From Candidatus Daviesbacteria bacterium (GTDB lineage: Bacteria > Patescibacteriota > Microgenomatia > Daviesbacterales > UBA10151), in assembly GCA_016432425.1 (NCBI GenBank), contig CP066688.1:148368-212367 (forward strand): 64,000 bases of DNA, written 5' to 3'. The notes under the pieces were generated by a model that was not told where the DNA came from, did no database searches, and saw only the letters and a program-made list of their open reading frames with translations. The position numbers and the translations under genes are program-made. Shown in pieces: positions 29,356 through 39,257 of the stretch; within the stretch, counting starts at the first letter, position 1, and each line of letters opens with the position of its first letter.

Positions 29356-30228
29356 ATGGGAAAATATTTACAATACGCCAAAAGAAATATCCGCCGCACC
29401 CCCTTCCAGGCGATTGCTGCTTCCATGGTCATGTTTTTGACTTTTTTTGCCTTGCTGATTTTTTTAACTTTAGCAGCCGGTTCACAGGAAATCTTAAGAT
29501 TCTATGAAAGCAAACCTCAGGTAATCATTTTTTTTAAAGACAACACTAGCGCTGCCGATGTTAATGCTATCCAAAATGCCCTATCTCAAGAAGCCAGAGT
29601 CGCCAGTACCAATTATGTTTCCCAAGAAGAAGCCCTACAAATTTACAAAGAGCGCAATAAAAGTGACCCTGCCCTACTGGAGCTGGTGACAGCTAATATT
29701 TTACCGGCTTCACTGGAAATATCTGCTAAAACTCCAGAAGATCTTGGCCCAATTGCAGAACTGATGAGCAAAGAACCGGTGGTCGACCAAGTCTTGGTAC
29801 CAAAAGAAGTAGTCGCCAACCTTACTGCTGCCACTAGAGTAATCCGCATAGTAGGGCTGACCACCGTTACCTTCTTAACTGCTTTTTCTTTGCTGATTAT
29901 TTTAATGATTATTGGTTTTAAAATTCGCTTAAAAAGAAGTGAAATTGAAATCATGATGTTAATTGGGGCGCCAAATTCTCTTATCCGCATGCCTTTTATT
30001 TTGGAGGGAATTTTTTATGCTGCGGCCGGGGCGCTATCAGCCTGGGTTATTACTTATACCCTGCTTTGGTATTTCTCCCCCTTCTTACAAAATTATCTGG
30101 GGGAAGTTCAACTCTTACCAGTTAACCCTTTATTTATGCTCTCACTCTTAGGGGTCAGTCTAGTCATTTCTTTTATAATCGGAGGGATTGGTTCGCTAAT
30201 GGCTGTCAGACGTTATCTTCGTATTTAA
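29356..30228 (+). CDS. ftsX: Cell division permease FtsX
   Basis: 4 TM, YVSQEEAL, NILPASLEI, EIEIMMLIGA...IRMPFILEG. Confidence 0.9.
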   Translation: MGKYLQYAKRNIRRTPFQAIAASMVMFLTFFALLIFLTLAAGSQEILRFYESKPQVIIFFKDNTSAADVNAIQNALSQEARVASTNYVSQEEALQIYKERNKSDPALLELVTANILPASLEISAKTPEDLGPIAELMSKEPVVDQVLVPKEVVANLTAATRVIRIVGLTTVTFLTAFSLLIILMIIGFKIRLKRSEIEIMMLIGAPNSLIRMPFILEGIFYAAAGALSAWVITYTLLWYFSPFLQNYLGEVQLLPVNPLFMLSLLGVSLVISFIIGGIGSLMAVRRYLRI

Positions 30229-30236
30229 GGACTCAT

Positions 30237-31448
30237 ATGAGCTTCAAAAACAAATTCACCACATTTTTGGTGACTTTATTTCTACTTACTCTCAGCTTAT
30301 CACTAGTTATTAACATCTATGCAGAGTCCTCTGATGATCTTTCAAAACAGTTACAAGAAAAATCCGTTCAAATCCAGCAATATGAAGGACAACTCCGTCA
30401 AGCCCAATCTCAGGAGAAAACTTTAAAATCCCAATTAAATATTATCGATTCCCAGGCTAAAATTACCCAGTTAAAAATTGAGGAGACTAATTTAAAAATT
30501 GAGCAGTTGGGAAGACAAATCAACGACCTCTCCGGACGGATTGACCGTATTTCTTCTTCCGTAGATACCTTGTCTCAGATTTTACTGGACCGCATCATTA
30601 AAACTTATAAATACGGCAATATCTCCACTATTGATCTATTATTTTCTTCTGCCGGTTTTTCTGATTTATTGGAAAGATTAAAATATATTCAGGTAGTACA
30701 AGCTAATGACAAAAAAGTTCTCTACCAACTTCAAGCTACCAAGGCTGCTTACTATGACCAAAAACAAGACAAGGAAACCCGCCAGGCGCAAGCAGAACAA
30801 CTTAAAAAAGACCTTGATGTTTACCAACAACAATTAACAAGTCAAAAAGCAGTAAAAAATCAGCTATTAAAAGCTACCCAAAATGACGAGCAAAAATATC
30901 AAACATTACTAGCACAAGCAAGAGCTGAATTCTTAGCTATTCAAGGAATAGTTGCAGGGAAGGGAATAGAAACTGAAGTAGGACCAGTAAGTCAGGGTCA
31001 AAAAATTGCTACCATTATAAATGGACCTTCTTGTAACTCAGGTGGCGCACATCTACATTTCACAGTTGTAAAAGATAACTTAGCCCTAAACCCATTTAAC
31101 TATTTAAGATCAATTGATAACCAAAACTGCTCTGGTTCTTCTTGTGGAAGTGGTGATGGAGATCCGTTTAGCCCTGTAGGGAGTTGGGATTGGCCAATTA
31201 GTGGACCTATACAATTAAATCAAGGATATGGCAGCACTTGGGCTGTAAGGAATACATGGGTCGGAAGAATTTATAACTTTCATAATGGACTTGATATAAT
31301 CGGACCATCTTTGGAAGTAAGAGCTGTTAAAGCTGGAATACTCTTGAGGGGGACTTATACTGGAGAAGAAGGATGTAGTTTACCATATGTACGTGTTAGG
31401 CACAGCGAAGACGGATTAGATACTTTATATCTTCACGTGTATTATTAG
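30237..31448 (+). CDS. Coiled-coil (EnvC/PcsB-like) protein with a circularly permuted M23 peptidase domain
   Basis: Signal peptide, long coiled coil; AHLHF...NPFNYL precedes WP...HNGLD...TLYLH. Confidence 0.8.
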   Translation: MSFKNKFTTFLVTLFLLTLSLSLVINIYAESSDDLSKQLQEKSVQIQQYEGQLRQAQSQEKTLKSQLNIIDSQAKITQLKIEETNLKIEQLGRQINDLSGRIDRISSSVDTLSQILLDRIIKTYKYGNISTIDLLFSSAGFSDLLERLKYIQVVQANDKKVLYQLQATKAAYYDQKQDKETRQAQAEQLKKDLDVYQQQLTSQKAVKNQLLKATQNDEQKYQTLLAQARAEFLAIQGIVAGKGIETEVGPVSQGQKIATIINGPSCNSGGAHLHFTVVKDNLALNPFNYLRSIDNQNCSGSSCGSGDGDPFSPVGSWDWPISGPIQLNQGYGSTWAVRNTWVGRIYNFHNGLDIIGPSLEVRAVKAGILLRGTYTGEEGCSLPYVRVRHSEDGLDTLYLHVYY

Positions 31449-31452
31449 ACTA

Positions 31453-32715
31453 GTGAGAATAAAACTTGTAGTTCTTATTCTGCTTTTCCTCTTTTTTGGG
31501 GCAAGTCCTGTATTTGCAGCTTCGGTCATCATCAATGAAATAATGTATGATCTAGAAAATTCTGACACTGGGAGGGAATGGGTTGAATTGTTTAACGAGG
31601 GAACAGATGTAGATCTAACTAATTGGCGGTTTGAGGAGGGTGGTATGCAACACACACTAACCCTAAAACAAGGCAACTCCGTGATGTCTAATGGACAGTA
31701 TGTAGTAATTGTTGATGATTACACAAAATTCCTTCAAGACTATCCAGGATTTTCGGGAACAGTTTTTGACAGTACATTCTCTTTGTTAAACACCGAAGAA
31801 AATTTAAAAATTAGAGATAGTTCCAACGGTAATATTATAAACGAAGTAACTTATACCTCTAGTCAGGGAGCTTCTGGAGATGGCAATTCATTACAAAGAA
31901 AATCTGACGGTAATTGGATTGCAGTTTCCCCCACGCCTGATGTTCAAAATGCAAGTAGCCTTCCAGCTTCTAGTCCATTAAATAACTCTCCGTCTCCAGC
32001 ACCTAGCATCTCCTCAACAACCTCTACTTCTTTCAGTTTTACCATTTCAAATATTCCTTCAAATATCAATTCAGACCAATCTTTTAGTGTATCTATCACA
32101 TTATCCCTGTTAAACAGTCAGAATACTGATTACTATTTAAAAGGGGCTTTTAAAATAAAAGACGGCACCAGATATTTAGGACTGACTAAAGTAAATGGAG
32201 ATTGGATAGAATACGGTGATGATAATACTGACCAGTACAAAATTACCACAGACTCATCCGGTAACTGGTCCGGCAGTATAGATGTAAAACCAGATGTAAA
32301 TGATAAAGATTATAAAGGGTCTGGTGATTATATTTTTAAAGTTGGTCGGCTAACATCTTCAAGCTCAAGCCCTACTTGGAGTAATGAATCAAATATCCAA
32401 ATCAATACCAAAGAGATCTTTGATAAAAATTCAAATACTCTTGAACTGACAAATAACTCACCCACTAACAAAGACAGTTCCTTTGTTGTATATGATCAAG
32501 ATTTATCGGATGAAGTATATTCTCTGGAAAAATACCGACACATTGCCAGTATAGCTGGAACTGCCACCGCCAGTCCCCTAGTGAAGGTTAGTTCCCAAAA
32601 ACAAGGTAATTTTTCTCCATTAATCTTTTTGGGTGGAGGGTTAATTTTAGCAGCTTTTTCTTATATAATTTATGAAATTATTAAACATCGAAAATTAAAA
32701 AATGATAGTCTTTAA
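31453..32715 (+). CDS. Lamin-tail-domain surface protein with C-terminal TM anchor
   Basis: VIINEIMYD...EWVELFN...VDLTNW...PTP; Ser-rich linker; C-terminal TM plus basic tail. Confidence 0.75.
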   Translation: MRIKLVVLILLFLFFGASPVFAASVIINEIMYDLENSDTGREWVELFNEGTDVDLTNWRFEEGGMQHTLTLKQGNSVMSNGQYVVIVDDYTKFLQDYPGFSGTVFDSTFSLLNTEENLKIRDSSNGNIINEVTYTSSQGASGDGNSLQRKSDGNWIAVSPTPDVQNASSLPASSPLNNSPSPAPSISSTTSTSFSFTISNIPSNINSDQSFSVSITLSLLNSQNTDYYLKGAFKIKDGTRYLGLTKVNGDWIEYGDDNTDQYKITTDSSGNWSGSIDVKPDVNDKDYKGSGDYIFKVGRLTSSSSSPTWSNESNIQINTKEIFDKNSNTLELTNNSPTNKDSSFVVYDQDLSDEVYSLEKYRHIASIAGTATASPLVKVSSQKQGNFSPLIFLGGGLILAAFSYIIYEIIKHRKLKNDSL

Positions 32716-33166
32716 GCAGAGCTTGAAAATTTCTAAAGAAATTTATAAATCAAATTCACCTTCTCAAACCCAAAAAATTGCTGCTGGCTTAGCAGCCAAA
32801 ATTAAATCCGGAGTTATTGCTTTAACCGGTAGCTTGGGAGCCGGCAAGACAACTTTTACCCAAGGTTTTGCCAAAGGTTTGGGAATTACAGAGAAGGTGG
32901 CTTCGCCAACCTTCATGTTAATCAGGCAACACCCCATTCCTAAACTTGAAAAAAATCTTTATCATATTGATCTTTACCGATTGGAAGACCCCATTGATAT
33001 TAAATCATTGGGGATCGAAGAAATTATAAATAATCCAGAGAATTTGAGTTTGATTGAATGGGCAGAAAAAATTAAAGACCAACTTCCTCAAAATACTATT
33101 TTTGTAAACATCAAAATTATTGCTGGGGAGAAACGGGTTATTGAAGTTGAATCAGGTCTTGTCTAG
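32702..33166 (+). CDS. tsaE: t6A biosynthesis ATPase TsaE
   Basis: GSLGAGKTTF, SPTF, HIDLYRL, IEWAE. Confidence 0.95.
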   Translation: MIVFKQSLKISKEIYKSNSPSQTQKIAAGLAAKIKSGVIALTGSLGAGKTTFTQGFAKGLGITEKVASPTFMLIRQHPIPKLEKNLYHIDLYRLEDPIDIKSLGIEEIINNPENLSLIEWAEKIKDQLPQNTIFVNIKIIAGEKRVIEVESGLV

Positions 33167-34682
33167 TTTCTACAATTATAACTCCAATATTTTCTGTAGA
33201 TATTAAAGGTAAATTCTTAAAACTATTTTCCCATAAATGACGCTGACCAATTTGATCCGGCTCTTTAATTAAAAAAACTAAACCAGAATCAGGAGGGTTG
33301 CTACCGGTATTAAGTTTTTCTTTTTGGGAAATGTAGGTTGGTTTATTTGGCAAATAAGCATAATCTTTTGGCACAAATCCGTATTTTTTTAAACCTCTCC
33401 ACCAATAGAGATATTGATAGGGATAATCAATCACTGAGGGCATATAAACATAAACTTTAAAATTTTTACCATTTGCTTTTTGGTAAGTATAATCAACTAC
33501 CGCCAACTCATTTCTTAAAACTGAGTTACCATTATCCCCAACTTGAAAAGCTTTCAGATAATCTGCCATATTTTTAATCGCAAAAATTAATAATACACTA
33601 ACTAAAATTACAGAGATAATCTTTCCCAAGGAAGAAATCTTTTGCAGCACAAAAAAGACAAATCCCACCAAGATTATTGAAACTACTAATACCTCGTTTA
33701 AATACCAGCTAGCCAGTCCTAATTTTAGGAATACAACTCCTACCAGCGGCACAAACAAAAGCAGTAAAGTAATTAAGGTAAAATTATCTTTTTTAAATTT
33801 TTTTAAATAAATTAATAAAGTAACCGGAAAAAGAAAAGTCATCAGTTTAGTAAAAAATTCAAAATTCATAAAGGTAGGCAGTAGACTATTATAAAATCCG
33901 TTATATACTTCAATTATTCTTGGGAGAGAGGCTGTTTTTATATCCCCATGGGAAGTAGATTTATAATCAAGGATGGCTTTAACTAAAGAAGAGCCATGTT
34001 TAAGGTTAAATAAAATTTGGGGAATAAAAGTTGCCAGAAAAACTAATACCCCCAGATAAAAACTTTTTTTCTTAAATAAATCCCATCTTTTCGCTAAAAT
34101 TACCGTCAATAATAATATTACCGGCATAAATACCCCCACTGCCACCTCAAAATGGAAAAAGATCCCAGCTAAAAACCAGGCCAATAAATTAGCCCAAATT
34201 TTTCCTGTTTCTAAATATTTCCATAAAGCAAAAATAAAAACCGGAGTTAGAAAAAGTATCGGATTGGGGTTTAAGGCATATTGGCTACCCAGTAATATAT
34301 AATTAGAGGCAATCCAAAGCGCCGCCACTCCTACCATAGCCATCCTGCCATAAAATTTATTAACTAAATAGAGGAGAAAATAGCCACCTACAGCCCAAAG
34401 AAAAATTTCCAGTAAGATTGCAGCGTAAGGGTGACCGCCAGATAAGATAAACGGAATTGATAAAAGATAGTACCATCCCGGGCCGTAAAACAAACCTTCA
34501 ATAGAAGTTGTTTGGCCGATTAAACGCGGTTTTTGCAAAACCACCATCTCCCGGACATCCACCATGTCCCGAGCATTATCCATGTTAAAAATAAAATTAT
34601 TATTACTGCTTAAAATTAAACGGTAAATAAGTCCAATTAAAATTAGCAACAAAATAATTACCTGATTTTTGCTTAATCTCAT
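33138..34682 (-). CDS. ArnT/PMT-like GT-C glycosyltransferase
   Basis: FNMDNARD, GPGWYYL, NPNP; polytopic. Confidence 0.75.
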   Translation of the reverse strand: MRLSKNQVIILLLILIGLIYRLILSSNNNFIFNMDNARDMVDVREMVVLQKPRLIGQTTSIEGLFYGPGWYYLLSIPFILSGGHPYAAILLEIFLWAVGGYFLLYLVNKFYGRMAMVGVAALWIASNYILLGSQYALNPNPILFLTPVFIFALWKYLETGKIWANLLAWFLAGIFFHFEVAVGVFMPVILLLTVILAKRWDLFKKKSFYLGVLVFLATFIPQILFNLKHGSSLVKAILDYKSTSHGDIKTASLPRIIEVYNGFYNSLLPTFMNFEFFTKLMTFLFPVTLLIYLKKFKKDNFTLITLLLLFVPLVGVVFLKLGLASWYLNEVLVVSIILVGFVFFVLQKISSLGKIISVILVSVLLIFAIKNMADYLKAFQVGDNGNSVLRNELAVVDYTYQKANGKNFKVYVYMPSVIDYPYQYLYWWRGLKKYGFVPKDYAYLPNKPTYISQKEKLNTGSNPPDSGLVFLIKEPDQIGQRHLWENSFKNLPLISTENIGVIIVETRQDLIQLQ

Positions 34683-34703
34683 AATGAAATTAGAAGGTTC
34701 CCT

Positions 34704-36224
34704 TCATATCTTTATTCTCTTTTGCACTACTATGCTACCAAATTTTTTTTCCTCAATTACTTTGGTAAAATAGCCTTCTTCCCTTAAATAATCATTAATT
34801 AAATGGGTGGCAATTCCTCTGGTTGGCTCAACAATAACATATCTACTTTCTGGCAAACCTTCCTGCTTTTCCTGTACCGTTAAATTACCGGGGTAACCCA
34901 AAGCATTTTTGCCATTCCATAAAGGGAGATATCCATACTTATTTTTTCCATACCATTCAAATAAATAACTCCAGGTAGTGTTGACAAAAAAAGGTAAAGT
35001 CACTGCTTTTACCGCAAAGGGTTCTCCCCTGGCATCAGTGTATAAAAAATCCAGACTTTTTTTCTGGTCCCCCAAGAGCATCCCTTGTTGAACATCTATT
35101 TCTGATATCGTTCCTTGAGGATTTAAAGTTTGAATTAAATTAAAATTATTTAAGAATATTAAAATTAAAAGTATTACTCCGGCAATAAAATATTTTTCAA
35201 AAATAAACCCCAATAAAAAGGCCACAAAAATCAGTAAGGCCAAGGATACCCCGACATTGGGATAAAAAAGCGGGATATCGCGTTGCAGGTTTTCTACACC
35301 CCCATGGATAACAAAAGTTACAAAAATACTAAAAAACCAAATTCCTAAAAATATTAGCTGTTTTGGAAAATGACCTTTCCATAAGACCCACAAAAATACT
35401 AATCCCAAAATAGTTGCTAAAATGGTATTAAAATTTTCGCTGAAGTTAAAAGTTAACATCCGAGAAACTGTATAAAAATAAGTTTGCCAAATATTCACCA
35501 GGGTTTTTTGAGTATTAAAATTAGAGAGCCCTAAAAGGCCTTGTAGCATAGGGAAACCAAATTTAACTTCAGCCAGGACAAAAGTAGCCACAGTTAAAAA
35601 TCCTGTCCCTAAACTTAATAACCAAAGTTTAATTGGCACACTCTTAAAATCCTTATAAAAAATAACTACAATCAAGAAAAAAGGTAAAGTCAAATAAAGC
35701 AGAGCAAATTGAAATTGAATGGAAAATCCCAAACCCAAAAAGGTAAGCGGCAAACCATGATAGTTTTTCGCAAAAATTACAGCAGCTAGCCCTAGGTACA
35801 TTAACAAAACAGATATCACGGCGGGAGCAGGGTTACCCATATAAATGGCAAATTGAGTCTGCTCAAAAGAAATGGCAAAAAGAATGGCCGATAATAATCC
35901 TATTTTTTTATTAAAAAGAATTTTTCCCAGATAAAAAATTAAAAATACACCTAAAGCATTTAAAATCCGCAAGATTAAAGCCGTAAACTCCGGGCTCATA
36001 TTTCCTAAAAAGTAAAACGGGGAAAGCAAATAATAATATAGCACTCCATGGAATAAACCAGGAAAAGAAGTTGACGGTCCGATTATTTTTAAATTACCCC
36101 CAGCAATTTCTAAAGCCTGATAAGCGTCTCTGGCCTGATCAAAACCAAAATAAATATTATTTGGAAAATAAAGCAGTCTTAAAAACAAAGCCCCCAGAAA
36201 AATTATTAATAACAATGTCTTCAC
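34704..36224 (-). CDS. ArnT/PMT-like GT-C glycosyltransferase, tandem paralog (start probably GTG 36224)
   Basis: FGFDQARD, HGVLYYYL; GTG lies 7 nt after TATTAT on minus. Confidence 0.75.
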   Translation of the reverse strand: MKTLLLIIFLGALFLRLLYFPNNIYFGFDQARDAYQALEIAGGNLKIIGPSTSFPGLFHGVLYYYLLSPFYFLGNMSPEFTALILRILNALGVFLIFYLGKILFNKKIGLLSAILFAISFEQTQFAIYMGNPAPAVISVLLMYLGLAAVIFAKNYHGLPLTFLGLGFSIQFQFALLYLTLPFFLIVVIFYKDFKSVPIKLWLLSLGTGFLTVATFVLAEVKFGFPMLQGLLGLSNFNTQKTLVNIWQTYFYTVSRMLTFNFSENFNTILATILGLVFLWVLWKGHFPKQLIFLGIWFFSIFVTFVIHGGVENLQRDIPLFYPNVGVSLALLIFVAFLLGFIFEKYFIAGVILLILIFLNNFNLIQTLNPQGTISEIDVQQGMLLGDQKKSLDFLYTDARGEPFAVKAVTLPFFVNTTWSYLFEWYGKNKYGYLPLWNGKNALGYPGNLTVQEKQEGLPESRYVIVEPTRGIATHLINDYLREEGYFTKVIEEKKFGSIVVQKRIKI

Positions 36225-36271
36225 TATATGGATAATAACATTTTCCAGAATTAAATTAATATACTTTCTAA

Positions 36272-36424
36272 TAAACTTCCGCACACTCAAGAGTCCGCGG
36301 TTTTCTGTGATTTAAGTTTACAAACTTACAAGAAAACCCTACCAAAATTTTCCCCCAACCCCGCGGAAGTGTGTAATTACTTTTCAGTTGAACCCCGCTT
36401 TGAGAAAGCGGGGTTTTCTTGTAA
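36272..36424 (+). other. Structured intergenic element, candidate small RNA or palindromic repeat cluster
   Basis: Nested inverted repeats, including perfect 14-bp ttacaagaaaaccc (36326-36339) / gggttttcttgtaa (36411-36424). Confidence 0.45.
36391..36420 (+). terminator. Intrinsic terminator-like hairpin
   Basis: aaccccgcttt-gag-aaagcggggtt followed by ttctt; T-tract only on plus strand. Confidence 0.65.
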
Positions 36425-36482
36425 TTATAAATTTATTTAAAATAGCACCAAACTTTATACTATCGTGGGGACTTTGGCATAA

Positions 36483-39191
36483 TTAGTTCGGGTAGTGACA
36501 CTTTTTATATTTTTTACCAGATCCACAATAGCAGGGATCATTGCGGCCAATTTTACCATGGGCCTTATTTAATTGTCCCCTCTCCCCATAGATTTTTTCA
36601 TCCACAATTTCCCCATTTCTCTCAATAGTCACCTTTGTTTGCCCACTACGATCTTCTTTATCTAAAGCAGAAATTAACTCCCCAGTATTTTCAATCATCG
36701 CATCTTCATCCAAAGCTTCCTCATGTATTTCCACCGCTCGGCTTAAATCAACTGGTGCTGGCTGGCTAACTTGCCCTTGCAGTGAAAATTTATAAATCCG
36801 ATGAACCACCTCATAGTCAATTTGTGCCACTAATTTTTCAAATAAATCAAATGCCTCTCTCTTGTATTCAACCAAGGGGTCTCTCCCGGCGTAACCCCGC
36901 AACCCAATTCCTGCCCTCAAATCATCAATGGTGTCTAAATGTTCAACCCACAGCGTATCAATAGTATTTAAATAAACAAAACTTTCCATTTGACGCATTA
37001 CTTCTGAGCTCACTTGGTTTTCTTTTTGCTGATAAAAATCCCGCGAGAGATTAATTAAAAATTCTCTAATTTCGCCTGTCGATTTAAATTCCTCTAATTT
37101 TTTCTGCAAATCTTTTTGGCTTGTTTCATCCAGCGGGACAATGGCGCTATAATCTTGGACAATTTTTTTAAGATCTATTTCTCCCTCTGCTAATACATCC
37201 ACGATAATTGTAACTTCATTTTGAATTTTTTCCCAGATTAAATCTTTTAAATTATTTTCTCTACTGTTTCCTACTTCTAAAATTTGATCCCGCAAACCAT
37301 AAATAATCTGGCGCTGTTGGTTCATCACATCATCGTATTCTACGGTACTTTTACGAATATCAAAGTTGCGGGATTCAACTTTTTTCTGCGCCCCTTCCAA
37401 AGCTTTACTTACCATCCCGTGTTCAATGGGAGTATCTTCACTCATCTTTAAAAAACCCATCACCCTGGCTACCTGATCACCTCCAAAAATTCGCATCAAA
37501 TCATCCTCCAGGGAAACAAAAAAGCGCGAAGCCCCCAGATCACCTTGGCGGCCAGACCGGCCCCGTAATTGATTGTCAATCCGCCGCGATTCATGGCGTT
37601 CTGTCCCAATGACATATAATCCCCCCACTTTATCTACTCCTTTACCTAGCTTAATATCAACTCCCCGACCAGCCATATTGGTGGCTACAGTCACCGCTCC
37701 TTTTTCCCCGGCCTTCGAGATAATCTCCGCTTCTTTTTCATGATTTTTGGCATTTAACAGGGCATGGGAAATACCTTTTCTTTTCAGCAACTCGGATAAA
37801 AATTCATTTTTTTCAATGGAGGTAGTACCAACTAAAACCGGCTGGCCATTTTGGTACAACTCCGACACTAAATTAGCCACCGCAGTATATTTGGCAGTTT
37901 GAGTTTTATAAACAGTATCCGGATGATCAATTCTGACCATTGGTTTGTTAGTGGGAACTACTACCACATCTAATTTATAAATTTTATGGAACTCTTCTGC
38001 TTCTGTGACCGCTGTTCCGGTCATGCCGGCTAATTTTTCATACATGCGGAAATAATTTTGAAAAGAGACTGTGGCTAAAGTTTGGCTTTCCTGCTGAATT
38101 TCTACCCCCTCTTTTGCTTCAATGGCTTGATGCAGTCCTTCTGAATAACGCCGCCCCGGCATCAGTCTGCCGGTAAATTCATCCACAATAATCACTTGTC
38201 CGTCTTTGACCACGTAATCGCGGTCTTTTTGGAATAAGGCTTTAGCTTTTAGAGCCTCTTCCAGATGATGCAAGGTAGAAAAATCCCGCTCATACAAATT
38301 ATCTACTCCCAACATTTTTTCAATTTTGACCACTCCATGCTCAGTTAAATTGGCAGTCCGCAATTTTTCATCAATCACAAAATCAGTTTCCGAAGAAAGG
38401 GTATCAATAATTTTGGAAAATTGTTTATATTTTTCTGTCGGTTCCTGAGCCGGAGCGGAAATAATTAAGGGAGTTCTGGCTTCATCAATTAAAATTGAGT
38501 CTACCTCATCAACTACGGTAAAAAAATGTCCGCGCTGCACTTTATCAGCCAGTCTCAAAACCATGTTGTCCCGCAAATAATCAAAACCAAATTCATTGTT
38601 AGTACCATAGGTAATATCAGCTCTATAAGCCTCCTGGCGAGAGATAGGTTTTAAGTGTTGCAAACGAGGATCGCTGTGTTTGGGGTCTTTGAATTTGGGA
38701 TCATAGACAAAAGCTTCTTCATGGACGATAGCGGCACAGCTGGCACCTAAACAAAAGTAAATAGGCCCCATCCAACCGGCATCTCGTTTGGCCAAATAAT
38801 CATTTACCGTCACTAAATGAACGCCATTGCCGGCTATGGCATTTAAAAATAGGGCGGGGGAGGCAGATAAAGTTTTACCTTCACCGGTTCTTTGCTCGGC
38901 AATCTTACCTTGGTGTAAAGTAATGGCTGCCAAAAGTTGCACGTCAAAATGTCGCTCCTTATTAACTCTTAAAGAAGCTTCCCTAACGCAGGCAAAAACT
39001 TCCGGCAAAAGCTCATCTAAACTCTCCCCTTTTTTCAACCTACCTTGAAATTCAGCAAATTTTCCTCGAAGTTGACTAGGGGTTAGCTTAGAAACTTTTT
39101 TTTCCAGCTGATTAATTTTTTCAATTAGAGGTTTTAATTTATTAACCTCCCGTTCATTAGAATCAATTAACTTACCAAATAATCCCAACAT
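36483..39191 (-). CDS. secA: Preprotein translocase SecA
   Basis: TGEGKTL, VDEVDSILIDEARTPLIIS, NMAGRG, C-terminal SEC-C GRNDPCYCGSGKKYKKCH. Confidence 0.98.
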   Translation of the reverse strand: MLGLFGKLIDSNEREVNKLKPLIEKINQLEKKVSKLTPSQLRGKFAEFQGRLKKGESLDELLPEVFACVREASLRVNKERHFDVQLLAAITLHQGKIAEQRTGEGKTLSASPALFLNAIAGNGVHLVTVNDYLAKRDAGWMGPIYFCLGASCAAIVHEEAFVYDPKFKDPKHSDPRLQHLKPISRQEAYRADITYGTNNEFGFDYLRDNMVLRLADKVQRGHFFTVVDEVDSILIDEARTPLIISAPAQEPTEKYKQFSKIIDTLSSETDFVIDEKLRTANLTEHGVVKIEKMLGVDNLYERDFSTLHHLEEALKAKALFQKDRDYVVKDGQVIIVDEFTGRLMPGRRYSEGLHQAIEAKEGVEIQQESQTLATVSFQNYFRMYEKLAGMTGTAVTEAEEFHKIYKLDVVVVPTNKPMVRIDHPDTVYKTQTAKYTAVANLVSELYQNGQPVLVGTTSIEKNEFLSELLKRKGISHALLNAKNHEKEAEIISKAGEKGAVTVATNMAGRGVDIKLGKGVDKVGGLYVIGTERHESRRIDNQLRGRSGRQGDLGASRFFVSLEDDLMRIFGGDQVARVMGFLKMSEDTPIEHGMVSKALEGAQKKVESRNFDIRKSTVEYDDVMNQQRQIIYGLRDQILEVGNSRENNLKDLIWEKIQNEVTIIVDVLAEGEIDLKKIVQDYSAIVPLDETSQKDLQKKLEEFKSTGEIREFLINLSRDFYQQKENQVSSEVMRQMESFVYLNTIDTLWVEHLDTIDDLRAGIGLRGYAGRDPLVEYKREAFDLFEKLVAQIDYEVVHRIYKFSLQGQVSQPAPVDLSRAVEIHEEALDEDAMIENTGELISALDKEDRSGQTKVTIERNGEIVDEKIYGERGQLNKAHGKIGRNDPCYCGSGKKYKKCHYPN

Positions 39192-39257
39192 AACTTCATA
39201 TTATACCTAAATAATTGACAATTTTATACTCTTTCCTTTACACTTAACTCACTGCCT

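Noticed and set aside
36272-36424. Assignment of the structured element to SRP RNA, 6S RNA or a known riboswitch
   Set aside because: I could not find the conserved motifs of these families, so it is left unassigned.
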